Shown: piece by piece, positions 11,101 through 23,100 of the stretch | Numbering within the stretch: position 1 is the stretch's first letter | Layout: each line of letters opens with the position of its first letter | Origin: Sphyrna mokarran | Taxonomy: Eukaryota | Direction of reading: 5' to 3' | NCBI GenBank assembly: GCA_024679065.1 | Contig: JAGIQG010000014.1 | Span: 25,482,001-25,546,000, forward strand | DNA length: 64,000 nucleotides | Translations under genes and position numbers: made by a program | Notes under the pieces: model-generated | Told to the model about the DNA's origin: nothing | The model's input: the letters and a program-made list of their open reading frames with translations, nothing else | Databases searched by the model: none

Positions 11101-14100
11101 TATCTTATTTTTGCAAAAAATGTACTTTAGTAGTAAAATATCTATAAGAATACTACAAACATTTCAAAATGGCCATCACACAAAGTGCAATAATATTTGT
11201 GTTTTCTACATACATCACAATGCACTCTGAGGTACTTCAATACAGTCAAAGAAACACTTATTTATTGTGTCACAAGTAGGCTTACATTAACACTTCAATG
11301 AAGTTGCTTTGAAAATCCTTCAGTCGCCACACTCCGACACCTGTTTAGGTATACAAAGGGAGAATTTAGCATGGACCTAACAAGTACGTCTTTTAAACTG
11401 TGGGAGAGGACCAGAACACCCAGAAGAAACCCACACAGACACAGGGAGAACTTGCAGACAGTGACCCAAGCCGGGAATCGAACCTGGGTCCCTGGCACAG
11501 TGAGGGAGCAGAGCTAACAACTGAACAACCATGATGCCCCACAATAAAGAATGGGTTTGTACAACAATCAACAATGACTTCATGGTCATCAATAGAGGCA
11601 GCGGTGCTAACTAGCATGCCACCAAAACCAAATAACCTTATCTGTCATGCACAGGAATAAAGCACAAAGTCAAATGTACAAATTAAGTACAACATAAAAA
11701 AGAGAATGCTGGAAGAGCTTTCTTCCTGAAGCGTGGCAGTACGAGGAATATATTACTGGTGTGTGGTGGAACAAGAAACATGCATGGGTTTTAGTAAATT
11801 ACAGGACAGTTCCTTGTCAATATATAGGATTGAGGGATGTTAAAAATGCACCATAGGAAGACTAAATTGGTAGATAGATGAACCCTTGGGTAAGGCAGTT
11901 GATGTAGTGTATATGGATTTTAGCAAAGCGTTTGATAAGGTTCCCCATGGTAGGCTACTGCAGAAAGTGCAGATGCATGGGATTGAAGGTGATTTAGCAG
12001 TTTGGATTAGGAATTGGCTAGCTGATAGAAGACAGAGGGTGGTGGTTGATGGGAAATATTCAACCTGGAGTGCAGTTACAAGTGGTGTACCTCAAGGATC
12101 TGTTTTGGGGCCACTGCTGTTTGTCATTTTTATAAATGACCTAGATGAGGGTGTAGAGGGTTGGATTAGTAAATTTGCTGACGATACCAAAGTGGGGGGA
12201 GTTGTAGACAGCGAGGATGGATGTTACAGTTTGCAGAGGGACATAGATAGGTTGCAAAGCTGGGCCGTGAGGTGGCAAATGGAATTCAATACGGATAAGT
12301 GTGAGGTGATTCACTTTGGTAGGAATAACAGGCATATGAAATATAGGGCTAATGGAAGGACCCTTAATAGTGTTGTCGAGCAGAGGGATCTTGGGGTACA
12401 AGTACATAGCTCTTTGAAAGTTGGCACCTAGGTTGATAAAGTTGTTAAGAAGGCGTACGGTGTGTTAGCTTTTATTGGTAGAGGGATTGAATTTAGGAGC
12501 CGTGAGGTTATGTTACAACTGTACAAAACTCTGGTGCGGCCGCACTTGGAGTATTGCGTACAGTTCTGGTCGCCGCATTATAAGAAAGATGTGGAAGCAT
12601 TGGAAAGGGTGCAGAGGAGGTTTACCAGGAAGTTGCCTGGTATGGTGGGAAGGCCTTATGAGGAAAGGCTGAGGGACCTAAGGTTATTTTCATTAGAGAG
12701 AAGAAGGTTACGCGGTGACCTAATTGAGGCTTATAAGATGATCAAAGGACTGGATGGGGTGGATAGTGAGAGCCTTTTTCTCGGATGGTGATGACCAACA
12801 CGAGGGGACATAACTTTAAATTAAGAGGTGGTAGTTATAGGACGGACGTCAGAGGCAGGCTCTTTACACAGAGGGTGGTGAGGGCGTGGAATGCCCTGCC
12901 TGCAGCAGTTGTGGACTCGCCTACTTTGGGGGCATTCAAATGGTCGGTAGATAGGCATATGGATGATATTAGAATAGTTTAGGTTTGAGGGTCCACTGGC
13001 CGGCGCAACATCGAGGGCCGAAAGGCCTGTACTGCGCTGTAATGTTCTATGTTCTAAGACCTCTTCTCGCTTGGATCTATTATTATGTTACTATGGCATA
13101 GAAGTTGTCTAGAAAATATTGTTTTAGTATTTATACCAATATTTAGAATTTGAATAATTATTCAAATAAATAAGATTTTTTTCTCAAGATTTCATCAGAA
13201 ATTATTCTCGTTACTCTTTGTGGAATTTCACTGTGTGAAAATTAAATGCCACATTCACTAACAAGTGCGTTCACTGGTTCTGAAGTGCTTTGGTATGGAG
13301 ACATAAGTTCTGAATTCTGCAAAATATGACTCTGAACATTAACCGTCTCTATTCATTTAGATCCAATTCCACCATCTATCTATGTTTTGCCACCAACCTC
13401 TGAAGAGATTGTTATGGAGAAGACAGCAACAATTGTATGCCTGGCTGTTGGATTTTATCCTGAAAGCATTTTCTTTAGGTGGCTGGTTAATAATCAGGTT
13501 AAAGAAGCTTCCAGTTCGCAAACCTTTCCTCCAGTTCTAAATGCAAACGGGAGCTACACTTCCAGAAGTGAGTTAACAGTTGTTGTGGACAAGTGGAAAT
13601 CTGCCTCCGTGTTCACCTGTGAAATTCAACATGTTTCGCTCTCCTTTCCTGTAAGACACAGTTTGAGGAAAAGAAATGGTAAGGACGTTGCAATCTGATT
13701 GGCTTTATTTTCTCCATAATATCCTAATTAACATTAAATGTCTTTAAACAACAATCTCTTACAAGTTTCTTCCAAAATTTCAATTCCTCTTTCCTACCAA
13801 AACCTTCAAAATGCTTTCATTTCTAAAAGGTCTGAGTCCACTTAGACATGGCATCCTCCTCCTCTTTCAGGTACGGTGCACTAGGAGGTTGTTGGTGACC
13901 ATGAAGTTCCATTGGACTGGCCTATGTTTATGCTATGTTAATGCTTGGCAATATACTGCAGTGGTTTGCTATTGCCTCCTGCAGCGTGACTGACCAGGAA
14001 ACTCTTTACTGCCTGCAGTCAGATCTACTGGAAGGATTTACAGGCTGATAATGAACTTGTTTGATTACAGTATACATGAACCTTTCATGGCCCTCAAGCT

Positions 14101-17100
14101 CTGAAATGGAACATGTAACTGGAGCTTCTAGCCCAGAAGTAGGGATGCTACCCACTGCACCAAAGTACTTTGCTAAGCATGGAATACCATTCCAACATCT
14201 GAGCAGAATTATTGAATTTCTGTATATGATAAAAGGACAACCTAAAAAGAAATCATGTGTCCTGTTAAAGCTCTTCTTGTTGCTATATGGTTTATAATTA
14301 TTGTCTTGTTAACATTAATAAAGAAGTAGAGGTAAAGGTTTAAAGGAGATAAGGCAAGTTTTTTACACAGTGGATGGTGGGTGCCTGGAACCTGCTGCTG
14401 GGGGTGGTAGATACAATAGTGAGTTTTAAGGGGCATCTGGACAACTACATGAATAGGATAGGAATAGAGGGATATGGACCCCGGAAGGGTAAGGAATTTT
14501 AGTTCAGTCGGGCAACATGGTCGGTGCAGGCTTGGAGGGCCAAACAGGAGCTTGCTCCTGTGCTGTAATTTTCTTTGTTCTGATCAGTGGGGCATTGTGG
14601 ATACAAATTGCTATTTGACTATATTAAACAGACTATATTAACAGTTTCTCAAGACACAACATGGAGATGCCATTTTTTTTGCCACCATGACTTGAAGCAG
14701 ATAAGGAGCAGTCATTTAGTAAGCTGACTAGACAGTATTTCCATTCTCCAATCTATTTATCCTATTGTCTTAAGAAAATAAAAGTAGCTTTAAGGAATTG
14801 ATATTTGTATTGGTAAATATTAGAAATAAGGTATAGTTTTAAGTGGGTTTAATTTAATGTTTCTGTGTAAAGAAGGGTAAATCTATAGTTAGATTCCTGC
14901 TGGACAAAGGTGTTTGTAGATGTGGGGGTTTTGGTTTCAATTCAAACTGCTTCTATTTGTGCTCAGAGAGATTATGGCATGAAAAATAAACAAGGTCAAT
15001 ATTTAACAACCAAGGGCCCTTTTAATCTAGAAAGAATTTTTGGGTTTAACTTTAGCTGCATATATTGCAGTTAGAAACAGTGAAGGGGAAGGCACCTCTC
15101 AGTGCTGCTAGCAGCAGTTGGTTTAGAAGGTTAGAGAGGGAATATCTCTATCAGCTTTGTCAAAAGGACGCCATATTATGGAGTAATAATTCAGAAAACA
15201 AGTGCAAAGAGCTAAAGTCCAGTTAGTTAGGGAATCTCAAGGGATGAAAAGAAGCTTCCTTAGAGGTGTTAGGATAGAGAAGTGTTCAGTAAAGACAGAC
15301 AGAGTGGAGAAGAGCAGTGAAATGCCAAAAGGATATCTGAAGTGATTTTCAGGTTTGTGAAACATTGTTACAGATTGGGAGACATTATTAGAAATAATCA
15401 TGAAAATTAGTGGCTGGATCCCAGAGTTTGAATAAGATGTGTTTTCTGTTGTATCGCACAATACTCCAGAGATCAAAGGCTCAAGCATTAATTTGCTACT
15501 TGTATTTTTCAGTTTCCCCTTAAGCAGGAGGAAGTTACAGAGGAAGCTTAATAATCTCATTCCATAATTAGATATTGGTCAGCAAGTGTTTAAAAAAGGT
15601 CAGAGGGATCACCCAGGGAACTATAGGCCGGTGAGCTTGACTTCGGTTATAGGTAAGCTAATGGAGAGGATCCTTAGGGACAGGATGTATGAGCATCTGG
15701 AGCGCTGCGATCTGATCAGGGATACGCAGCATGGCTTCGTCAAGGGGAAGTCTTGTCTTACGAATCTGGTGGAATTTTTTGAAGTGACAAAAACAGTTGA
15801 TGAAGGACAGGCTGTTGATGTCGTCTACATGGATTTCAGTAAGGCGTTTGACAAGGTTCCTCATGGTAGACTGATAGAGAAGGTGAAGGCGCATGGGATA
15901 CAGGGTCGGGTATGTAGATGGGTCGAAAACTGGCTCGGAAGGAGGAGACAGAGGGTAGTAGTGGAAGGCTCTTTTTCCGGCTGGAAGCCTGTCACTAGTG
16001 GAGTGCCACAAGGCTCAGTACTAGGTCCTCTTCTATTTGTGGTCTACATAAACGACTTGGAAGTAGGGGTAGGTGGTGAGATCAGCAAATTTGCTGATGA
16101 CACCAAGATGCTTGGATTGGCGGGTACAGAAGAGCAGTGTCAGGCAATACAACAGGACATAGACAGGTTGGTAGATTGGGCAGATAGATGGCAAATGGAA
16201 TTTAATCCGGAAAAATGCGAGGTGATGTATTTTGGCCGGAAAAATGTAGAAGAGAATTATAGGATAAAAGGTAAAACTATAAGGAGCATAGAGACGCAGA
16301 GAGACTTGGGGGTGCAGGTTCACAAGTCTCTGAAGGTGTCCTCACAGGTGGAGAAGGTGACAAAGAAGGCGTATAGTATGTTAGCTTTCATAGAAAAGGG
16401 TATAGAATATAAGAGTAGGAGTTTGATGTTGCAGTTGTATACAACTTTGGTTAGGCCTCACTTGGAATACTGCGCCCAGTTCTGGTCTCCGTACTATCGG
16501 AAGGATGTGGAGTCCTTGGAGAGAGTGCAGAGGAGGTTTACCAGGATGCTGCCTGGTATGGAAGGACTGTCCTATGAGGAACGATTAGATAGACTGGGGT
16601 TGTTTTCCCTTGAAAGACGTCGGCTTAGAGGGGATCTCATAGAGGTGTATAAGATTATAAGGGGTATAGATAGAGTAAATGGAGGTAAACTTTTTCCACC
16701 TTTAGAAATGGATAGGACGAGAGGTCATGGCCATAGGGTGAGGGGGGCTATGTATAGGACGAATATTAGAGGGCAGTTTTTCACAGAAAGGGTAGTGGGG
16801 GTGTGGAATGCACTGCCGAGTAAGGTGGTGGGAGCAGGCACGCTGGGGCTGTTTAAGGGTCTCTTGGACAGCCACATGAGCGGTATGCAGATAGAGGGAT
16901 ATATTAGGACTGTTTAACTACGGCTTTTTTCCACAGGTAATTCGGTCCATAATTTGAGCACGCATTCGGCAGGTGGTGCGGGTACAGCTCTTGGATGTTG
17001 ATTCATGGGTTGCCTGGTACCTCATGTCGTATATGAGTGCTTTATGTGGACCATCTGAAGGGCACCATGACAGCTCAGAGACTATCGATGTGGCTGTGCA

Positions 17101-20100
17101 GACACTTGGAATTGGGCCAGTGTCTGCGGGAGTTTGCGCGTTCTCCCCGTGGTTGCGTGGGTTTTCTCCGGGCACTCCGGTTTCCTCCCACAACCCAAAA
17201 ATTCGCTCTTAGGCTGATTGGGTAACAAATTGTCCCTATGGTGAAAATTTTCCATATTAGGAATAATATATATATTATTATATAGGAATATTAAAATAGG
17301 ATAATGTATTTGGTATGATGGCGGCGCGGGCTCGTTGGGCTGAAGGGCCTGTTTCCCGTGCTGTGTTGCTTAATAATAAAAAAAAAATAATGAAAAAAAA
17401 AATAAAATAAAAAAAAGTGCATCTCAAGCACGAATGCTGGGTGCTCGGCAGTCATCTGCATTGCAGTGCTACACTTTGGCGTTGGTGTTGTCCAGTTAAT
17501 TTAGCTCATTTGTTATCACCACTACAATGGCTGATTTCTGGTATCACAGAATACGGTTTATCAGTTTGTAGAGGCAAATTTAAGCCAGGATTGATGGTAT
17601 AGCACCCAGTTCTGACCCAGGACCATGGAATAGAATGGATGCAATAAAAGTTATTTTGATGAGTTGTTATTGGCACACTTATTTAGTAGTGTGGGAGATG
17701 CCATATCTGCATAAATACAAGATTTTACATCTTCATTCATGTCATCTGCATTGTGGGCATGGCTTGAAGATGGTCAGTTTGGCAGCATGATACATCATTC
17801 ATGATCAATGGCATCATGAGAAGCAAGTTTGCAGGTGACAGCAAGAATGGATAATTTTGAAGAAGGTGGTTGTAGGTGACAGGAAGATATAGATAGGTTG
17901 GTGAAATGGGCACAGCAGTGGCAAATGGTATTTATCCCAGATAAGTCCCAAAGTGACATTTTAGAAGAAGTAACAAGGGTGTATTTAATGAATAACAAGA
18001 CATTAGGAAGCTCAAAGGAACAAATGGATCTTGGGGTACTTAGTCACAGATCCTTGAAAGCAGGCAAGCATGTGAATAACATGGCTAAGAAGGTATATGA
18101 CACACTTGTTTTTATCAGCCCTGGCATGGAGTATAAGAAAAAGGAGGTAATGTTGGAGCTGTACAGAACATTGGTTAGGCCACAGTTGGAGTACTGTATG
18201 CAGTTCTGGTCACTTCACTCTAAGAAGAATGTGATAGCATTAAAGGGGTTACAGAGGAAGTTCACCAGGATGTTGCCTAGGATGGTGCATTTGAACTATA
18301 AGGAGACACTAGATAGGCTAGGATTGATTTCTCTAGAGCAAAAAATGCTGAGGGTATGTAAGATTATGAAGGGTATGGGCAGGCTGAATTTGGAGCAGCT
18401 GTTCCTGTTAGTTGAAGGGTCAATCACGAGGGGACGTAGTTTTAGGGTAAGGAATTGGACATTCAGAAGAGATCTGAGAATTGTTTTTCACTCAGAAGGA
18501 GGTGGGAGTGTGGAATGCACTGCTTGGGCTTGTAGTGGAGGCCTGAAACCTTACAATCTTCAAAAAGTATTTGAAACATCATAACCTTCAAAGATGTGGA
18601 ACGAGTGCTGGAAAATGAGATTAGTGCCGCTTTAGTAATAGTTATTGTTGGTGCAGACTCAACGAGTCTTTCTGCACTGTATGACTTATCTTCATCTCAT
18701 TCAGAATGGCTTGAATGTCATGGGCTTCCTCTTCCTCAGAGATTGGAGCTCTGCCTGTGGCTTTGCTGTCATCTAGTTGAAGGCTCCTCCACTGTGCGAA
18801 TGTTATGCAGTATGCAGCCAACAATAACTATTCTTGAAACCCTTGCTGGAGAATATTGGAGAATTCCCCCTAACTAATGGAAGCATTGGAACCCGATCTT
18901 TCAAATCCCAATGGCCTGCTCGATGATGTTCCTGGTGATAATATGGCTACTGTTATAATTTTCTCTACTGCCAATTATGGATTCTTAAAAGGGTTGTTAT
19001 CTACGTTCTGAGGAAGTAACTCTTGTCCCTTAAGGAGTAATTCACATACCTGGATAGGTCGCTAAAATAGATTGGGGAGTTATGAGTTCTTTAGTGTGAA
19101 GGACTCATGGTAGTTGCCTGGGAAACTTGCACACACTGATTATGGTCGCAAACCACCTGCACATCAATCGAGTGGAATGATTTACGATTCACGAAGGTGA
19201 GTTGAGCTTTTAGGGAAAACATGAGTGGAGTCAATGATACCCTGCATCCAGAGGAAACCATCAATCCTGACAAAGGCTATGCTCAAAATCCATGCCAAGC
19301 TAACAAGTTCTCCCACATGAGCCTCTCCATCCACAATCACATACTGTTATTCTCATCTACAAGAGCTACTGCTTCATAGCAAAAAAGTCAGCCATTGTGT
19401 GTTTTATCCGCTGTTAGAGTCATCAGGTTGTAACTGCAATGCACCCCAATATTAAGTGCACTCCATATCTTGGCTCTCAAGTTCTGAATGTCTAATCGAT
19501 TCTGCTTTATTGCAAAATTATTGATGCTGTGTGACCAGGATACACTCTGCCCTCTGTCCTCACTTAGTATGTTTTAAATGCATTTGATCTGATGTATGTG
19601 ATAAAGCTGTAACAATTGATTTAATTTCTTATCTAATAATGTGTTCCTGTCTTTGCTGTAGATGATTATATTCAGGCACCTGTCATCCAACTGATCTCTC
19701 CCCCTCTTGATGCAGCCTCTGCGAGGCTAACTGTTGTGATAAGTTGTTTGGTGTCAGACTTTTACCCTGCTGCTATCTCTGTGACTTGGAGAGATGAGAA
19801 TGGGCCAGTGGATACAGGACTGATACAGTTTGCAGTGGCTTTGGGCAGTAACAGCACCTACCAGACAGTGAGCCAGCTCACCGTGCCAACAGCAGAGTGG
19901 GAGAATAAAGGCACTTACTGGTGTGAGGTGAAACATGTGTCTCTTGAACAGCCAATGCTGAGAGCAGTCAGCAAGGATCTGGGTAAGATCTACTTTCATG
20001 TGCTTGTGTGTATATAAGTATCTGAATAGGAAGTTGAGGTGCCTGTGTGTGAATGATGACATTTGCAAGATGAGTTTCAGAATGTTTGAGTTGATGGGGT

Positions 20101-23100
20101 TTGCAAGTGTGGTCGGTGTGGGTGTAGTTGGGGCAGGGATGGTTTTATGGATGATGTATGATAAGGGATGGAAGAGTTAACAATTCATTTGTAACCTGGA
20201 CTCCATGAATATAGCTCTGGGACCATTTATACTTTCTGTAGAAGTCAGTGGTTTGAGGAAAAAGACTTTCAAAGCAGCAGAGAGGGGAAGTGTGAATCTA
20301 ACTGTTAGTTTCATATATGCCTTGGTTTACACATAGTGTGAGTATTAAATTGTAAAGATCAGTTTAGGAGATTGTGTGGTGCAGTGCTGGGTCCCTATTT
20401 CTCAGCATGAAGCTTTGGGTTTAGGTACCTCTTCAGGATTTGATGGCCATAGAAGTATGTCAAATATGGTCAGACAGGATGACGAGCAGCCTGTAGATCC
20501 TGCCAATGCACCTACTAATAGTGGGTGGTAAAAGTGGCATAGGACAGATCCCTACTCACCCATACCAGACAAGACTATGGCAAACCATTGGATTGGTTAT
20601 TATGCTTCACAATGGAAGTCGATGGTTACCAATATCCTCTTAGGCCATGATACCTGGAGGAGAAGGAAAATCAAATTAAAGCCAGTTTAATATATTCCTC
20701 TACCAAAAAGCCTCGCCACTTATTCCTCAATCAAGAAATTATTTAATTCCTATCATAACTCTGCCCTATTTGAAAATAGATCTATTGACTCCTTTTCTTA
20801 AAAGCAATGATGTCCGATGGAAACTTAAGAATGATGGCTCCGCTGTGGACTTTTGCTGTCGTGGGAGGGTCACTTTTAATTATTGCTACTGTTATTCTCA
20901 TCTACAAGAAAACGGCATCTTCCACCTGCAAGATAGGTGAGATTGTTCTTTATTGCCCTATGTGTATAGTTGAAACATTGGCACAATTTAACACAAGTAC
21001 TGTACCACCACTTCCCATAAAGGACTCCATCCCATTCTCCCAATTTCTCCACCTCTGTTGTATCTGTTACAATTATGCTACCTTTTGAAATGGACATGTC
21101 TTTGTTTTTCCTGAATTGAGAGGTCTCCCCCCCCACCCCACCACTCCACAACCTCCACCTCCCCCCCCAATCCCTCCAAACCACCCACCCCCCCATGACT
21201 GACAATACACTTAACCATGCTTGACCCATCTCCCTCACCTCTGCCCTCACCCCTTCAACCTCCCTCCCAGAATCATGACATGGTTCCCCCTTGTCCACAC
21301 TTTTCTCCCCACCAGCCTCGGCATTCAAAAGATCATCTTTCGCTACTTCCGCCAATTCCATGATTCCAATAAACCGTTGTTTGAAATCTAACTGTGAAGA
21401 GAAAGTTATATCAATACACATTTGTAAATTATTGTAATAACATTTAGCAAATTACAGTTTCTTCCTATGTTTCCATTTCTTAACACAGCCAACTTCAGGG
21501 AGACATTAAGCCTGGATACCAGTCCGGAATCCATCTATCAAAATGTCAATTATAAGGTACTTGGACCATAGTCGCGTGTTTGAATCATGGGGGAGGTGTG
21601 TCTGTGTCATACATTTCAGGGAATCTCTTTGAAGTATAAGACATGACTGTTACAGTCATGGTGATTTACATTGCACCCTTGCACAGATCTAGAGAACGTA
21701 TGCACTTCATTTAGATATCGAGACATATTAAGTCAGATTATTTTGAATTATCTGATCAATTTTTAATCAGAAAGTCACTCTTTGAGTTTATAAACTCAAT
21801 CTACTGGATAATTCAGATTTTTGTTCAAACACCAGCAATGAATTTTTAACAGATGGCAAAAATAATTTGAAGGGTTTCTATTCTGCTAAATACACAGCCT
21901 GTTCATCTTAGCAGTTAAGCTTTTGCGAATGCTGCTGTTCTGTTATTCCAGTGTGGTTCTGAATGTAGTTTTCATGATTGATTAAACTAAAAAACAGAGT
22001 AATATTATATCTTAACTGAGATCAGAGAAACATCTATCTTCCGACTCTCAGACAGCAGCCTCCAACGAAAGACCAATCTTCACACAGATCTTAGGGGATG
22101 GGGGAGCAGAAAATACCTCCTGCCTTTTGCAGATCTCTGGCGAAGTATCTATTTTCTAGCAGGTCTCAGACTTCAGTTTCCAGACAGAGAAACAGCTGAT
22201 TCTCCTTTTCAAATTCAAACAGCAACTGCCTGCTTGTCTCTCTGCAAGCCTAGTTCCACCTGTTTACATGACTTTCTTTTTGTGTAGCAGCCAAATGAAA
22301 CTCTACACTGAAACCATAGGGGACAACCCAAAGTAAAACAAAATTGCATTAACTCAGATTAAAATGAATACCCGAATAACTGGGAACAATTATTCTTCAA
22401 CATGCAGGCTGCTGGTTGTCGACAAATTGGCACTGTTTAAGCAGAGTTGAATTTTAACATTTCCTTCACAAGAAACATGGCATAAATACATTTCTTAAAG
22501 GTACAGTAGTGTCACATGTTAACTTCAGTCGACTTCTTTCCAGGCTTTATTCCTTGAAATAATTTTGGTTTTGTCATAGTATTGCTGATTCAGTGTTACA
22601 ATTTTCATCTGCCATGTGACTCCTGGTCAGTGCAAGACAAATCTTTGATTCCTCTCACTGTTCCGAGGTGGCACAATGGTTAGCATTGCTGCCTCACAGC
22701 ACCAAGAACTCATGTTCAATTCCAGCCTTGGGAGTTTGCACTTTCTCCCCATGTCTCTGAGTGCTCCAGTTTCCTCCCACAGTCCAAAGATGTGCCAGTT
22801 AGGTCAATTGGCCACACTAAATTGCCCCTGAGTATCCCAAGATAGATAAGTTAGGTGATTAGCAGGGTAAATAGGTGTGGTTATGGGGAAAGGGCCCGGA
22901 TAGGATGTTCTGTCAGAGAGTCTGTCTCTGCCAAACAGCTGCCTTCTGAACTATAGAGATTCTATAATGCTATGCTTAAAGGTTACATCAGACATAATTT
23001 GACATTATTATGCTTTCCAACAATTGTGAAATGAGTAATGAGATGATGGATAAATGTAAAAGGGAAGACAGCTTCATATTTTGGATGTCAGCCTTCCTGC

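Noticed and set aside
14660-15585. Possible LTR-like or other repeat interrupted by the CR1 copy
   Set aside because: No coding motifs or definable termini that I can support by eye.
20876-21421. 181-aa ORF antisense to the TM exon
   Set aside because: Mostly the reverse strand of a Penelope-like fragment and a C-rich low-complexity tract.
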